From NCBI RefSeq assembly GCF_009914755.1, contig NC_060943.1: 64,000 nt of DNA. The stretch is one strand, 5' to 3'. Source of the stretch: the human T2T-CHM13v2.0 reference genome, Homo sapiens. The position numbers were made by a program, and so were the translations under genes. Every line of letters starts with the position of its first letter. Position 1 is the first letter of the stretch. The notes beneath the pieces were generated by a model. That model saw only the letters and a list, made by a program, of their open reading frames with translations, did no database searches and was not told the DNA's origin. Shown here piece by piece: positions 1 through 24,433 of this stretch.

Positions 1-117
1 GCCGTATGCTTTACCATCACTAGGCACCATTTTACTGTAAGAAAGAGTGTTTCCTTCTTGTCCATTTCATTTCATTTTCTCATTCATCCATTCATTTATA
101 TCAGTGTGGATTCACGG

Positions 118-157
<40 letters not shown>

Positions 158-926
158 AGACGGAGTTTTGCTCTTGTTGCCCAGGCTGGAGTGCAATGGT
201 ATGATCTTGGCTCACTGCAACCTCCGCCTCCTGGGTTCAGTGATTCTTCTGCCTCAGCCTCCCAAGTCGCTGGGATTACAGGTATGCACCACCATGCCTG
301 GCTAATTTTGTATTTTTAGTAGAGACGGGGGTTTCACCATGTTGGTCAGGCTGGTCTCGAACTCCCGACCTCAAGTGATGGTCAGGCTGGTTTCAAATTC
401 CCAACCTCAAGTGATCCGCCCGCCTCAGCCTCCCAGAGTGCTGGGATTACAGGTGTGAGCCACTGCACCTGGCCCATGGCTTCTTAGTCTATGGGTTGCA
501 GCTGTGACTGGCCATCTGCACTTAGGTAAGCTCAGGGTTCCCTGAGTTAAAATCAAAGTGCCCCATGCCTTCCAGTTGTCCCCCAAGAGCCTCACTGTGT
601 CTCTCTGCTTCTCAGCCACGCCTTGCAAGAGTCATCTGCCCTTGATCATCTGTTCTCACCTCCCACTCCTTCCCTGATTCGGGGCTTGCCGGCTTCCGTC
701 CCTGTCAGGCTCCTGAAACTCCTCTGACCAAGATCATCAGTGACCTCTTTACCTCTGACTGTCCCCTCTGACTTGTCATCTTGGCAGCCTTTGTCACAGC
801 TGGCCTTTTCGTTTCCCTCCCCAACCCTGAGGGGCAATGCCTGCTTCCCTGAACCTGAGCCTCACATCCTTCGGACCCTGCCTCCCAGCTGATCCCTCCT
901 AGCCTCTTACCCTTCACTGTGCCTGA

Positions 927-1226
<300 letters not shown>

Positions 1227-1278
1227 TAGAGACGGGGTTTGACATGTTGCCCTAGCTGGTCTTGAACTCCAGGACTGA

Positions 1279-1509
<231 letters not shown>

Positions 1510-2135
1510 TAATTTTTGTATTTTTAGTAGAGACGGGCTTCACCATGTTGGCCAAGGTGGTCTCGATCTCCTGACCTCATGATCCACCTGCCTCGGCCTC
1601 CCAAAGTGCTGGGATTACAGGCGTGAGCCACCGCGCCTGGCCAGGATTGCTTTTTATTCCCATTTTATGGATGTGGAAACTGAGGCACAGGGAGATTAAA
1701 CGGACATGCTTAAGGTCACCCATCTTAATAAGTGACAAGGTTAGGGTTAGACCTCAGGCGGTCTGGCCTCAGAGTACACTGCCTTCAGATTCATCTGTTA
1801 ATCTGGTCTAATCGATAGTCAGTGAGCACTTCCTGGGGGCTGGGCCCTGGCTGGGGGTCTCAGCCCTACTCTCGAGCCTGGCAGGTTTAGGGAGAGAGTC
1901 TGGGGTGGCTACAAGAGAAGCAAAAAGCATTTGCAGGAGCTAAAGTACACATGATTCACAATTGAAAATGAGTAATGATCTCTCCTGACTGGGGCTGCAC
2001 AGATCACAGGGTTTAATGTCACCTACCTGACATTTTACAGCTCAACATCTGTTACACAAAGTTATAATCTGCAACTGGGAAAAGTGTATTCATTTTATTT
2101 TTTGAATATATAATTACTCACGATTTTAAAAATCA

Positions 2136-2492
<357 letters not shown>

Positions 2493-3185
2493 TTAGGAGG
2501 CCAAGGCAGGAGGATTGCTTGAGGCCAGGAGTTCAAGACCAGCCTGGACAATATAGCAAGACCCCATTGCTAAAAAAAAAAAAATCAAAAAATTAGCTGG
2601 ATGTGGAGGTGTGCACCTGTAGTCCCAGCTCCTCTGGAGGCTGACTGAGCTGGGAGGATCCTTTGAGCCCAGAAGGTCAAGGCTGCAGTGAACCATGATT
2701 GTACCACTGCACTCCAGCCTGGGCAACAGAGCACAAGACTTTGTCTCAAAAAAACATTTATCAAAATACAGCAAGGCGTGAAGTGAGAAGTCTTACTCCT
2801 GCTCTTTTCCAATCCACTCTTCCCCACATCTACCATGGTAAAGCCCTTTCGTTAGTTTCTTTTGTATCCTTCCATCATTTTTTAAATGAAAATACAAACA
2901 GATATTTTTGTTTTTCTCGTTTTGTACATAATAGGTATAACATCACTGGTCTGCATTATTTAATAACATATTCTGGAGATATAGGAAGTGTCGTCATTCT
3001 TTTTTACAGGTGTCCAATATTCCACGCTGTGTGTATATTATGGTTTATTTGCTATTCCTTGTTGATGGACACTGGCTTTATTCCCAATGTTTTGCTATAC
3101 AACCCATGTTGCAGTCAGGGCTGTCATGGATAGTTGCACCCATTGTGCACTGCACAAGGATGTCATTTATACCACAGACATTTTA

Positions 3186-3595
<410 letters not shown>

Positions 3596-4589
3596 TCATG
3601 TGTGGTTCATCTCAGAGGATAAACTTCCAGAAGTGGGATAGCTGGGTTAAAAGGTAAATGCATTTGTCATTCGGACAGACATTGCCCTCCATTTTTCTTT
3701 CTCATTAATATCATATGAGAGTGTGCCTGTCTCCCCACAGCCTCGCCACCAGACCGCACTGTCAAATCTTTGGATTTTTGCCAATCTGATAGGTGAAAAA
3801 CGGTATTGCAGTGTCGTTTAAATTTTTAATTTTTTTTTTTGAGACAGAGTCTTGCTCTGTTGCCCAAAGTGGAGTGCAGTGGCGTAATCTCAGCTCATTG
3901 CAACCTCTGCCTAACGGGTTGAAGTGATTCTCATGCCTCAGCCTCCCGAGTAGCTGGGATTACAGGCATGTGCCACCACACCCAGCTAATTTTTTGTATT
4001 TTTAGTAGAGACGGGGTTTCACCATGTTGGCCAGGCTGGTCTCAAACTCCTGACCTCAAGTGATCCACCCGCCTTGGCCTCCCAAAGTCCAGATGCTTTT
4101 TCTGCATTTCCATTCATATGAAAATCTGCATTAAAAAAATGTAGCATTGTGGCCGGGCTCAGTGGCTCACGCCTGTAATCCCAGCACTCTGGGAGGCTGG
4201 GGCGGGCAGATCACTTGAGGTCAGGAGTTCAAGACCAGCCTGGCCAACATGATGAAACCCGTTCCTGCTACAAAATACAAAAATTACTTGGGCATGGTGG
4301 CATGCGCCTGTAATCCCAGCTACTTGGGAGGCTGAGGCAGAGAATTGCTTGAACCCGGGAGTTAGAGGTTGCAGTGAGCTGAGATTGCGCCACTGCACTC
4401 CTGCCTGGGCGACAGAACAAGACTCAGTCTCAAAAGAAAAAAAAAATAAGTAGCATTGTTCTATAATTTCCCAAGTTCTTCATGGTTGCCAGAGTTCTTG
4501 ACAGTTTACAAATCACATCTTCATTGATGAAGTACTTTGTAGATTTCAAAACATCTACTATAGCTTGGAAGGCCCTTTCTGGTGTTTGA

Positions 4590-5145
<556 letters not shown>

Positions 5146-5799
5146 TCTTGGCCAGACACGGTGGGTCACGCCTGTAATCCCAGTACTTTGGGAGGTCCAA
5201 GAGAGTGGACTGTTTGAGTCCAGGTGTTTGAGAAGAGCCTGGGCAACATGGCGAAACCCTGTCTCCACTAAAAATACAAAAAATTAGCCGAGTGTGGTGG
5301 CACATGCCTGTAGTCCTAGCTACTTGCGAGGCTGAGGTGGGAGGACCGAGAAGTTGAGGTCGCAGTGAGTCCTGAACACACCACTGCACTCCACTCCAGC
5401 CTGAGCAACAGAGTGAGACCCTGCCTCAAAAAAAAAAAAAAAAAAATGCATGTGTGTGTGCGCACGTGTGTGTGTATGTGTGTGTGGCCTTAAAAGACGT
5501 TCCTTTTATTTAACAAACCACAATGTCATCACTCCTAACCCAAAATAAAACAGTACAAATAAAAAAGTCACAGTCCTTTAAATCATCAAATATCTAGTGA
5601 GTGTGCAAATTTCCAAATCTCATAACTTTCATGTAACTATCAGGATTTTTTGTAGCTTCTTTAAATCAGAATCCAAACAAGGGCCACCCATTGCAATTGG
5701 CTGATACTTTTTAAAATCATCTTTCATCTCTTGCTTCCCCTCTATTATCTTTTCTTTTTCCTTGCAATTTATCTCCTGGAGATCCAGTCCTGCAGATCT

Positions 5800-6730
<931 letters not shown>

Positions 6731-7057
6731 TCAGTGGATAGTGCTGTCCTAGTTGTAGAGCTTCCCATAGTCTGGACCTGACCAATGCGTCCTTGTGGTG
6801 TCATTTCATGTGTTCCTGTGTCCCCTGGGTTTCCTCCAAAGTGGGACTCAGCCAAAGTTCGAGCAGATTCAGATTTGGGTGTAAGGAGTTTTTTAGCCAG
6901 AACCTTCCTATGTGGGGCTACTGTATACCTCCACCAGGAGGCACCTCCTTTCCAGATGCCAGCAGCTGTTTCTGCTCAACACTCAGACATATTCATTCAT
7001 TAGAGATTGCAAAATGGCGATAGTCTCATTTCTTTTTTTTTTTTTTTTTTTTTGTGA

Positions 7058-7228
<171 letters not shown>

Positions 7229-7787
7229 TGACAAATGAGTATGAGTACCTACTGTGTGTCAGGCACTGCCCTGGTCCTGAAGGTACAGCAGTGAACAAAA
7301 CAGAGAGCCCACTGTGGGGGCTGATAGTCCAGTGGGAAGGGGCAGATGCAAATAACGAAATACACGAAGTAATTGCAGGTTATAATCTGTGGTCTGAAGG
7401 GTGTGGGAGTGAGCAGGGTGTGGTAAGCCCTGTAAACCGGCTGGTGGCGGAAGGCCTTCTGCAGGAGGGGACAGCGAAGCTGAGAGTTGAAAGATACCAT
7501 ATGACTCAGCGAGGCTGTGGTGTCCCAGGCAAAGGGGACAGTAAATGGAAAGGCTGAAAAATGGGAACAAGAGGGACAGAGAGCAGCCTGGGCAACATGG
7601 CGAAACCAAACCCTGTCCCTACAAAAAATACAAAAATTAGCTAGGCATGGTGGCCTATGCCTGAAGTCCCAGCTACTTGGGAGGCTGAGGCAAGAGAATC
7701 ACTTGAACCCAGGAGGGGGAGGTTGCTGTGAGCCAAGATCGCGTCATTGCACTCCAGCCTGGGTGACAAGAGCGAAATTCTGTCTCA

Positions 7788-8006
<219 letters not shown>

Positions 8007-8329
8007 CTAGCCAGGCACGATGACTCATGCCTGTAATCTCGATACTTTGGGAGGCTGAGGTGGGAGGATCGCTTGAGCCCAGGAGTTCAAGACCAGCCTA
8101 GAAAACATAATGAGACCTTGTCTCTACAAAAAAACTGTTTAAAAAATTAGCTGGGTATGGTGGTGCATGCCTGTGGTCCCAACTTGGAAGGCTAAGACGG
8201 GAGGATCACTTGAGCCCAGGAGGTCGAGGCTATGGCAAGCCATGATCACTCCATTACACTCCAGCCTAGGTAGTAGAGACAGACTTTGTCTCAAAAAATT
8301 AATAATAAAGTAAAACAACTAAAAGACTA

Positions 8330-8487
8330 TAAGTAGACTGTAACACAAAGAAAGGATAAATGCCAGAGGGAATGGATAACGCATTAACCCTGATGTGAGT
8401 ACGTATTGCATGCCTATATCAAAATAGTTCATCTACCCCATAAATAAATACAACTACTATGTACCCACAAAAATGAAAAATAAAAAG
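8330..8487 (+). mobile_element. L1MA-type 3' end fragment
   Basis: aaaggataaatg...ccctgatgtg...taccccataaat...actatgtacccacaaaaat A-tail. Confidence 0.75.
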
Positions 8488-8964
8488 GCCTGGCTCATGC
8501 CTGTAATCCTAACACTTTGGGAGGCCAAGGCGGGCAGATCACTTGAGATCAGGAGTTCAAGACCAGCCTGGCCAACATGGCGAAACCCCATCTCTACTAA
8601 AAATACAAAAATTAGCTTGGCGTGGTAGCACATGCCTGTAATCTCAGCTACTCAGAAGACTGAGGCAGGAGAATCGCTTGAACCCTGGAGGCAGAGGTTT
8701 CAGTGAGCCAAGATCACGCCACTGCACTCCAGCCTGGGTGACAGAGCAAGACTCTGTCTCAAAAAATAAAAATAATTTTTTAAAAAAATAGTCCAGGTGT
8801 GGTGGCTCACACCTGTAATCCTAGCACTTTGGGAGGCCCAGGCAGGCAGATCACCTGAGGTCAGGAGTTCAAGGCCAGCCTGGCCACCATGGCGAAACCC
8901 TGTCTCTACTAAAAATACAGAATTAGCCAGTGTGGTGGCACACGCCTGTAGTCCCAGCTACTCA

Positions 8965-9375
<411 letters not shown>

Positions 9376-9378
9376 TAA

Positions 9379-9528
<150 letters not shown>

Positions 9529-10604
9529 TGAGACAGACAGTGTCACACTGCTCATGATAGAGGGGTAGGCAAGCAGACGAGGTGAGGGCAGAAGGTGAGG
9601 GGTTCCGGTGTGATTATGTCTCCATGCTCTGTGGTTTCTAGAGCCCTTCATGATTTGCAAAGCATGTTACTCATTTAGAAAGCATTTTGCAAAGTTCTGG
9701 GGTTTTTACAAAGCACTTTTGAGAGCCAGAAAATTTTGCTTCTGTTCATACCCCAGAGCAACATTTCTCACACTGCATGTTGCTACCCGTCTGGAGGTAA
9801 TGAAATTAATTTAGCAATGCGTAACTCGTGACCAGCATCTTTAGAAATAAAATAGAACACTGCAGAGTGTGCTACACAGCAAAGGTCAGAATTATGTCAT
9901 GAAACCTTTTTTTTTTTTTTTGAGTCACATTGTAAAATGTATTCTTATGGTTGAGTGAGTGCGGTCAAGAACATTTTATGCTGCTCTAGAGAACCTCTTG
10001 CAAAAATGCATGGGCAATCAGCACAAGAATGTTCAAGAAAAGTGTTGTCTGAAAGAAATCTGTGGGTGAACTTGGTGATTTATGCTTGTAATCCCAACAC
10101 TTTGGGAGGCGGAGGAGGGCAAATCACCTGAGTTCAGGAGTTTGGGACAAGCCTGGGCAACATGGCAAAACCCCGTCTACAAAAAAATACAAAAATTCAC
10201 CAGGCACAGTGGCATGCACCTGTAGTCCTAGCTACTCAGGAGGCTGAAGCACGAGACTCATTTGACCCTGGGAGGTGGAGGCTGCAATGAGCTGAGATCG
10301 TGCCACTGCACCACTCCAGCCTGGGTGAAAGAGTGAGACCCTGTCTCAGAAAAAAAAAACAAAAACAAAATACAAATCTGGAAGCAACCTACATTTCCAT
10401 TAGCAGGATAACAGATAAAGAGTGTTATGGCTGGGCGCGGTGGCACACACCTGTCACCCCTGCACTTTGGGAGGCCGAGGCGGGTGGATCACCTGAGGAC
10501 AGGAGTTCGAGACCAGCCTGGCCAACATGATGAAACCCTATCTCACTAAAAATACAAAAAATTAGCCAGGTGTGGTGGCGGGCACCTGTAATCCCAGCTG
10601 CTCA

Positions 10605-10709
<105 letters not shown>

Positions 10710-11052
10710 TCAAAAAAAAAAAAAAAAAAAAAGAGAAAGAAAAAGAAAAAAAAGCAAGTTTCAGCTGAGGTGGGAGGATCCCTTGAGCCCAGGAGTTTGA
10801 GACCAGCCTTGGCAACATAGGGAGACCTTATCTCTACAAAAAAAAATTAAAATTAAAATTAGCCAGGTGTAGTGGTGTGTGCCTGTAGTCCCAGCTGCTC
10901 TGGATGCTGGGTACTTGAGCCCGGGGGTGGGGATGGGGACGAGAGGGGATGTCTTGAGGCTGGGTTGAGCTGTGATTGCGCCACTGCACTCCAGCCTGGG
11001 CGACACAGCGAGACCTTGTCTTAAAAAAAAAAAAAAAAAGAGAGAGAATTGA

Positions 11053-11676
<624 letters not shown>

Positions 11677-13559
11677 TGAAGCAGGGTCAGTGTGTCCTGA
11701 CTGTGGCTGCTCACACGCCATGCTTTCCCCTTACACCCACACCCTGGGAGCTCTGGCAGGCCCTTATAGCCCTGATGCAGCCCTACCCACACTCTCACCT
11801 CCTCGAACCTGCATGGCGACACACCCCTTGCTCACCTTCCCAGTAGCCCCCGGCGTGCCGTCTCTTGGTCCTGGCCCGCTCATGCTCACTCTTGTACACG
11901 CTCGCCTTGGGGGCTCTGGGGTGCCCTGGCATGCTGACCCACCCTTCACCAGTCATCACGTTTGCCCCCAGATGCCTTCTGAAGTCCTAGCATATGTGTA
12001 CCCCAACTTATTCTGGGCCCACACGTGGGTGCACACCTCTTGCACACACACCCTGAGGATGCCAATGAGCCCTCTCAGAACCCTGGCATGCTTCATTTGT
12101 TCACTGTCCACTTGCCCTCACTGTAGCCCTGGCACAACCATGCTCACCCATGCACACTTGGGCCACGGTCTCAGGCTCACCCAGAAGAGCCCTCAGACCT
12201 ACTCTCTAATCTGACATGCCCTATCTCAGCTCCTCCTATGCCCAGCCCACAAATGCTTGAACATCCCTCACACACTCGCTTGCCCCAAGGGTACACTCAC
12301 GTGGTCCCGGCATGTCCCCAGCAGAGCTGGCACACCTGGCTGACATATGGTTCCCCTCCCCATTCCCTCACACTCCCCACACGCCCCTGACACACCCTCA
12401 CCTCATTCTCTTGCACACACACTTGCTTGTTGTTCCTCAGATGCCGCCAGGTACTTGCACACCCCTTCTTGTCTCACACACATAGCCCGGGAGGTTTGCG
12501 CACCCGTCACCTCCTTCATGAGTGGGCCCTTCATATGTCTCCTCAGGGGACACCAGCTCATGCACGCGGGCTCATGTCCCACACAGAGCCCTGTCCTCAT
12601 GTTCTGGGAGCCAGTACACAAACCCTTGGCTCCCCTTCCCACATTCATGCCTGCCTCACGCACACTGCATAACTGCAGGCCCCTCTCACACTCATACTCC
12701 TCCTGTCCCCCCACAGAGTCCCAGGCCCTTGCACACCTGCCCCGTGTGCCCACGTCCACCGTGCACACTGAGCCTCTCGTGGTTGCACACTTTTGGCATC
12801 TTCCCATGCCGCCACGCCCTCCTTACTCCTGATCCCTCCCTGGCCCCCGGTGTCTCCTCACATACTCCGCAGGAACCCTTGAGATCTTGCACACTCATCT
12901 GTGCCCCTCGGGGCCCCACTGCATACACACCCCCATCTGGCACACAAGTGGTTGCAGCATCCTGGCACCCAGGATGTCCACACATCCCTGCCTCTGCAGG
13001 AAGCCCCTGTTCACCACGGCCCTTCCCACTCATTCTTTGCACGTGCTGGGGGAGCTCTGCCCTCCTCTCTTCCTCTGACCCTGCGTGCTCCCCATACAAA
13101 CACTCTTTGCCTTAGTGCTATTCCTCCAAACACCCGCTTCCTTCTGCTCACCCCTTCCCATTCCACTTTCCCCTGCTTCTCAGGCATCCACGTATGCCCA
13201 TGTGGCCTTGGAGCACCTGTGGGGCAGTATAATAATAGGTAACACTACGGTGTTGTTGTTGTTTGAGACAGAGTTTCGCTCTTGTTGACCAGGCTGGAGT
13301 GCAATGGCACGATCTCAGCTCACTCAACCTCCACCTCCTGGGTTCAAGCGGTTTTCCTGTCTCAGCCTCCTGAGTAGCTGAGATTACAGCCATGTGCAAC
13401 CATGCCCACCTAATTTTTATATTTTCAGTAGAGGCGGGGTTTTGCCATGTTGGCAAGGCTGGTCTTGAACTCCTGACCTCAGGTGATCCGCCCGCCTCGG
13501 CCTCCCAAAGTGTTGGGATTACAGGTGTGCGCCACCGTGGCCTGCCCACTATACAGCAT

Positions 13560-14050
13560 TTATCAGGCACCGGGCGCTGTTCTAATCATGCAGCATCTAT
13601 TAACTCATTTAACCCTCACACCAACCCTATAATGTAGGTCCTATTATGCCCATTTTACAGAGGGGAAAACGGAGGTCCAGAGAGTTAATTCAAAATCACC
13701 CAGCTACTCAGTGGCAGAATCAGGATTTGAACCCAGGCAGGCTGGCTGCAGAGCCTTTGCCTTTAAGCACTATGCTCCTCCTCTCAAGGAAGCTAAACAC
13801 ATCCATTCTGGAGCCAGCTCTCTGGGGGTTCGAATCCTATATGTGCCACCTTGTCTGTGTCACCTGGGCATGTAACTTTCTGGGCCTCCCTGTCCTCATC
13901 TATAAAATGGGAAGAAAACCCGCTAGCCCTAGGCTTGTTTGTGAGGATTAAATGAGTTTTATGGAAACTGCTTGTATGGGGCCTGGCCTTATTGAAGCAT
14001 TTACAGGAGTACCCACAGTGAGTGCTCTCTATAAAGCTCTCTCTATAGGT
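13560..14050. mobile_element. Two MIR elements in opposite orientations
   Basis: cccattttacagaggggaaaacggagg...ggatttgaacccagg; cctcatctataaaatggg...gtgaggattaaatgag. Confidence 0.8.
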
Positions 14051-14478
14051 TTGCTATTGATAATCAAAACAACAACTTGGCCAGGCGCTGTGGCTCCTGC
14101 CTGTAATCCCAGCACTTTGGGAGGCCAAGGCCAGAGGATTGCTCGAGGCCAGGAGTTCGACACCAGCCTGACCAACACAGACAGACCCTGTCTCTGCAAA
14201 AAAATTTTTTTTAGAAATTAGCAGGCCAGTCATGGTGGCTTATGCCTGTAATCCCAGCACTTTGGGAGGGTGAGGCGGGCAGATCACTTGAGGCCAGGAG
14301 TTCCAGATCAGCCTGGCCAACATGGCAAAACCCTGTCTCTACTGAAAATTCAAAAACTCAGCCCAGCATGGTGGCAGGCGCCTGTAATCCCAGCTACTCA
14401 GGAGGCCGAGGCATGGGGATCATGTGAACCCTGGGGACGAAGGTTACAGTGAGACAGCGTCACTTCATTCCAGCCTAG

Positions 14479-14734
<256 letters not shown>

Positions 14735-14839
14735 TGATCTGCCAGCCTCAGTTTCCCAAAGTGCTATGATTACAGGCGGAGCCACCGCGCCCAGCCTGAC
14801 CCTGTCTCAAAAACAAAATACCAACAATGCATTTAGAAC

Positions 14840-16667
<1,828 letters not shown>

Positions 16668-16892
16668 TCAGCCCGACCCTGCGCAGTGCTTTGGGCAAAG
16701 GGCTTCACCTCGATGAGCCTCAGTTTCCCCTCTGTAAAACGGGAATCATAATCTGCCTCTTTCTGGTGGAGGGAAGTGTAAAACTTAGATTACCCAGGGG
16801 AAATAAGAGAGAAAGGAGATGAGAGGAGCAGGCAGGCAGCCTGAGAAGCGCTTAGGGTGAGGACTCAGCCCTGATGCTTGCCCTGTCCCTAG

Positions 16893-16969
16893 GTGGATGG
16901 AGTGGAGGAGGAGCTCCCGCCAGAGCCAGAGCCCGAGCCGGAACCAGAGCTGGAGCCGGAGAAAGCCGA
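16893..16969 (+). CDS. RYR1: RYR1 exon 92 (77 nt): VDGVEEELPPEPEPEPEPELEPEKA
   Basis: cctag|GTG, GA|gtgagt; frame joins exons 91 and 93. Confidence 0.96.
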
Positions 16970-17359
16970 GTGAGTGGCCTTGGGGCTGAGGGGCCTAGCC
17001 CCTATCACTGCCTCCCTCCTAGAGTAGGAGCCTCCAGAGGTCAGGCCCCAAGGCTGTCCTGGCCACCCTGTGTCCTCGGCATCACCCAGCCCAGACTCAG
17101 GCACGGAGGAGGGGCTCTGAGTAAAAGAATCAAGAAATAAATGCTCCAACCTGGGCAACATAAAAAAAAAATTAAAATTAGCCAAGCATGGTGGTGTGTG
17201 GGGAGGCTGAGGTGGGAGGATCACTTGACCCCTGGAGGTGGAGGCTGCAGTGAGCCCTGATCGCAGCATTGCCCTCCAGCCTGGGTGACAGAGCAAGACC
17301 CTGTGTCGAAAAAGAAAAAAAAATATGGAGAGATAGAAAAATGAAAACTCCCATCTAAC

Positions 17360-17700
17360 TGCCAGGCCTTCGCATGTGCTTTCCCGCTGCCTGGAACACA
17401 GGCCCCCATGCCTACTCTGAGTCTTTCTCATCCTTTCCAATTCTCCAGGACACCTGACCCCCTCCTAAGTTGAGGAGGTGTCTCCTCCAGATTCCCACAA
17501 CCCCCTGAGCTTCCTCCATCCCAGCCCCGACCACTCTGGGCTGTCACTGCCTGGTGTCACTGTCACTGCCTGTCTCCCACATTGGACTGGAGCCCCATAA
17601 GGGCAAGTCCTGATTATCTCATCATCCCATGTACCCAGTACCATCCAAACCTGGGCCAGGCACAGGGCGGGCCCTTGGTGAATGGTTTTGAATGAATGAA
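17360..17700 (+). mobile_element. L2 3' end fragment with TGAA tail
   Basis: gtctcccac..ggactgg..gagccc..aagggca...tgaatgaatgaa. Confidence 0.7.
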
Positions 17701-17754
17701 CTCATGCATTGCCTGCCCAGGCACCTCCTGACCTCTCTCTGTCCTGCCCTGCAG

Positions 17755-17899
17755 TGCCGAGAATGGGGAGAAGGAAGAAGTTCCCGAGCCCACACCAGAG
17801 CCCCCCAAGAAGCAAGCACCTCCCTCACCCCCTCCAAAGAAGGAGGAAGCTGGAGGCGAATTCTGGGGAGAACTGGAGGTGCAGAGGGTGAAGTTCCTG
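17755..17899 (+). CDS. RYR1: RYR1 exon 93 (145 nt): [12 protein letters not shown]...EVQRVKFL
   Basis: tgcag|T, CTG|gtaagg; frame continuity. Confidence 0.96.
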
Positions 17900-18436
17900 G
17901 TAAGGATCCAGCCAGGTCACCTGAACCTTCTTCTCCCCGGGAGCCCCACCTCTGGTGCCCACCTCTCCTGCTCACCTTGTTCTTGAGTTCATCTGTTCAA
18001 GCTCGTCTCTAAGAAGAACCCTAGCTGGGGAAAGGGCAGAGGTATCCCCAGACCTGCGGACAGGGTAGCATTTTCAGATGGCCCTCACTTGGTTCCTTGT
18101 CCCTTCCCTGCTCACTATCCTTATTCCAACCTCCATACCTCTGTTCATCGGGGCCACCCACCCACACTTCCACCTCCATCCTCTGTCCAGAGCTACATTC
18201 AGTGAGGCCACCACTCTGGCCTTCCCACCGTGGCCTGTTCTTGGCTGTCAGCCCTTACAGTCTCAGTCCCTCCACCACTCCCAGTGCTGCTGTGGAGGTC
18301 TGAGCTCTCCCAATTCCTGGGGAAGCGTTCATCTCATCCAGGCCAGGAAGAAGGGTGGGTGTTGGGAGGCAGGTCCCAGGGTTCCCTCCATCCTGTCTCC
18401 CCTCCAGGCCTGGCCCGATAGGAGGGGGTGAGGGAG

Positions 18437-21701
<3,265 letters not shown>

Positions 21702-21949
21702 TTAGCTGCTACTAATTTTCATGTTAGTGTTAATATTAGTGGGCAGTCTCTTTAGGGCTCCACTATCAAGATGAACCAACTCTGTCTTCAGTTCTGTGCC
21801 ACTCAGTTCAATAGGCTAATTCCCAGGTCAGAGTCTGATTTGCTAGCTACAGCCCTAGGCCCAACCCTTGATCTTGATTGACAGCCACACCAAGACTGTA
21901 TCTGGTATGGTCCCAGTCCAATCTCGGGAATGGAGGCTCAATTTTGTGA

Positions 21950-22477
<528 letters not shown>

Positions 22478-22719
22478 TAGCTGAGGAACCAGGTTCTGGA
22501 CCACTGTCTTGATACTTTGCTATTGAACTAGAGTTCTTTGGGCTTAAAACTTTCATACATGCTATTCCCTCTGCCTGCAATACTTTGCCCTGCTTCCACC
22601 TCCTTGCACCTGCCTGTTTTATTCATCCTTCAGTTCTGAGTTCAGACCTCCCTCCCTTGGGAAGCCCCAGGTGGCATCAGGCACCACTCCTGGGCTCCCA
22701 CAGCTCCCCTGTTCTCACA

Positions 22720-23010
22720 TCCTGGCCCGATCCCTCTGCCTGTGCCCCACCCCCATTCCAGCCCTGACCCCTATATGCCCCTACATCCCAGCCCTGACAC
22801 CCCTGCCTGTGCCTCTCCACTGCCAGCCCCGACTGCTCTGCCTGTGCCCCCCAATTCCAGCCCTGACTCTTCTATCTATGCCCCCTATCCCGGCCCTGAC
22901 CCCTCTATCTATGCACCACATTCCAGCCCTGACCCCCCTGCCTGTGCCTCCCCCATCCCTGCCCTGACCCCTCTGCCCATGTTCCCCACATCCCAGCCCT
23001 AAGCCCTCTG
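22720..23010. repeat. Degenerate C-rich minisatellite, about 33-36-bp unit (CCAGCCCTGACCCCTCTGCCTGTGCCCC...)
   Basis: about 8 recurrences of ccctgacc...ctgcctgtgcc. Confidence 0.85.
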
Positions 23011-23101
23011 CCTGGGCCTCATTTCTACCCTTATCACTGGGAAAGCACTTCTGATGTGGGGTCACACACAGACCCCAGCAAGATGTCATGGCTTCTGCTG
23101 A

Positions 23102-23290
<189 letters not shown>

Positions 23291-23444
23291 TAAGGACCCA
23301 GCCCCCACCTCAGGGTGGCAGCAGGAGGGGACCTGGGTTTCCACCCAGTCCAGGCCTGGACCCCAAAAAACTAGGGTTTCGGTCCGGGCACGGTGGCTCA
23401 CACCTGTAATCCCGGCACTTTGGGAGGCTAAGGCGGGCGGATCA

Positions 23445-23774
<330 letters not shown>

Positions 23775-24084
23775 TTACAGCATCTGTGTGGGTGAGGTTG
23801 GCACACAGAGATTCCTAGACTTGAGGCCTGGAGGTTCCTGTTCAGTGACTCTGGGGTGTGAGCCCAGGAACCCGTGTTTTAAACCCTGTCTCCAGGTGTG
23901 ATTCTTACTCAGGTGCAATGAGTGCAAAATAAAAAAACATGGCCAGGCACGATGGCTCATGCCTGTAATCCCAACACTTGGGAGGCCAAGGTGGCAGATC
24001 ACTTGAGGTCAGGAGTTCGAGACCAGCCTAGCCAACATGGTGAAACCCCATCTCTACTAAAAATACAAAAATTAGTCTCTACTA

Positions 24085-24300
<216 letters not shown>

Positions 24301-24328
24301 TCATTAGGGGCCCTAGGGGCCGCACTCA

Positions 24329-24433
<105 letters not shown>

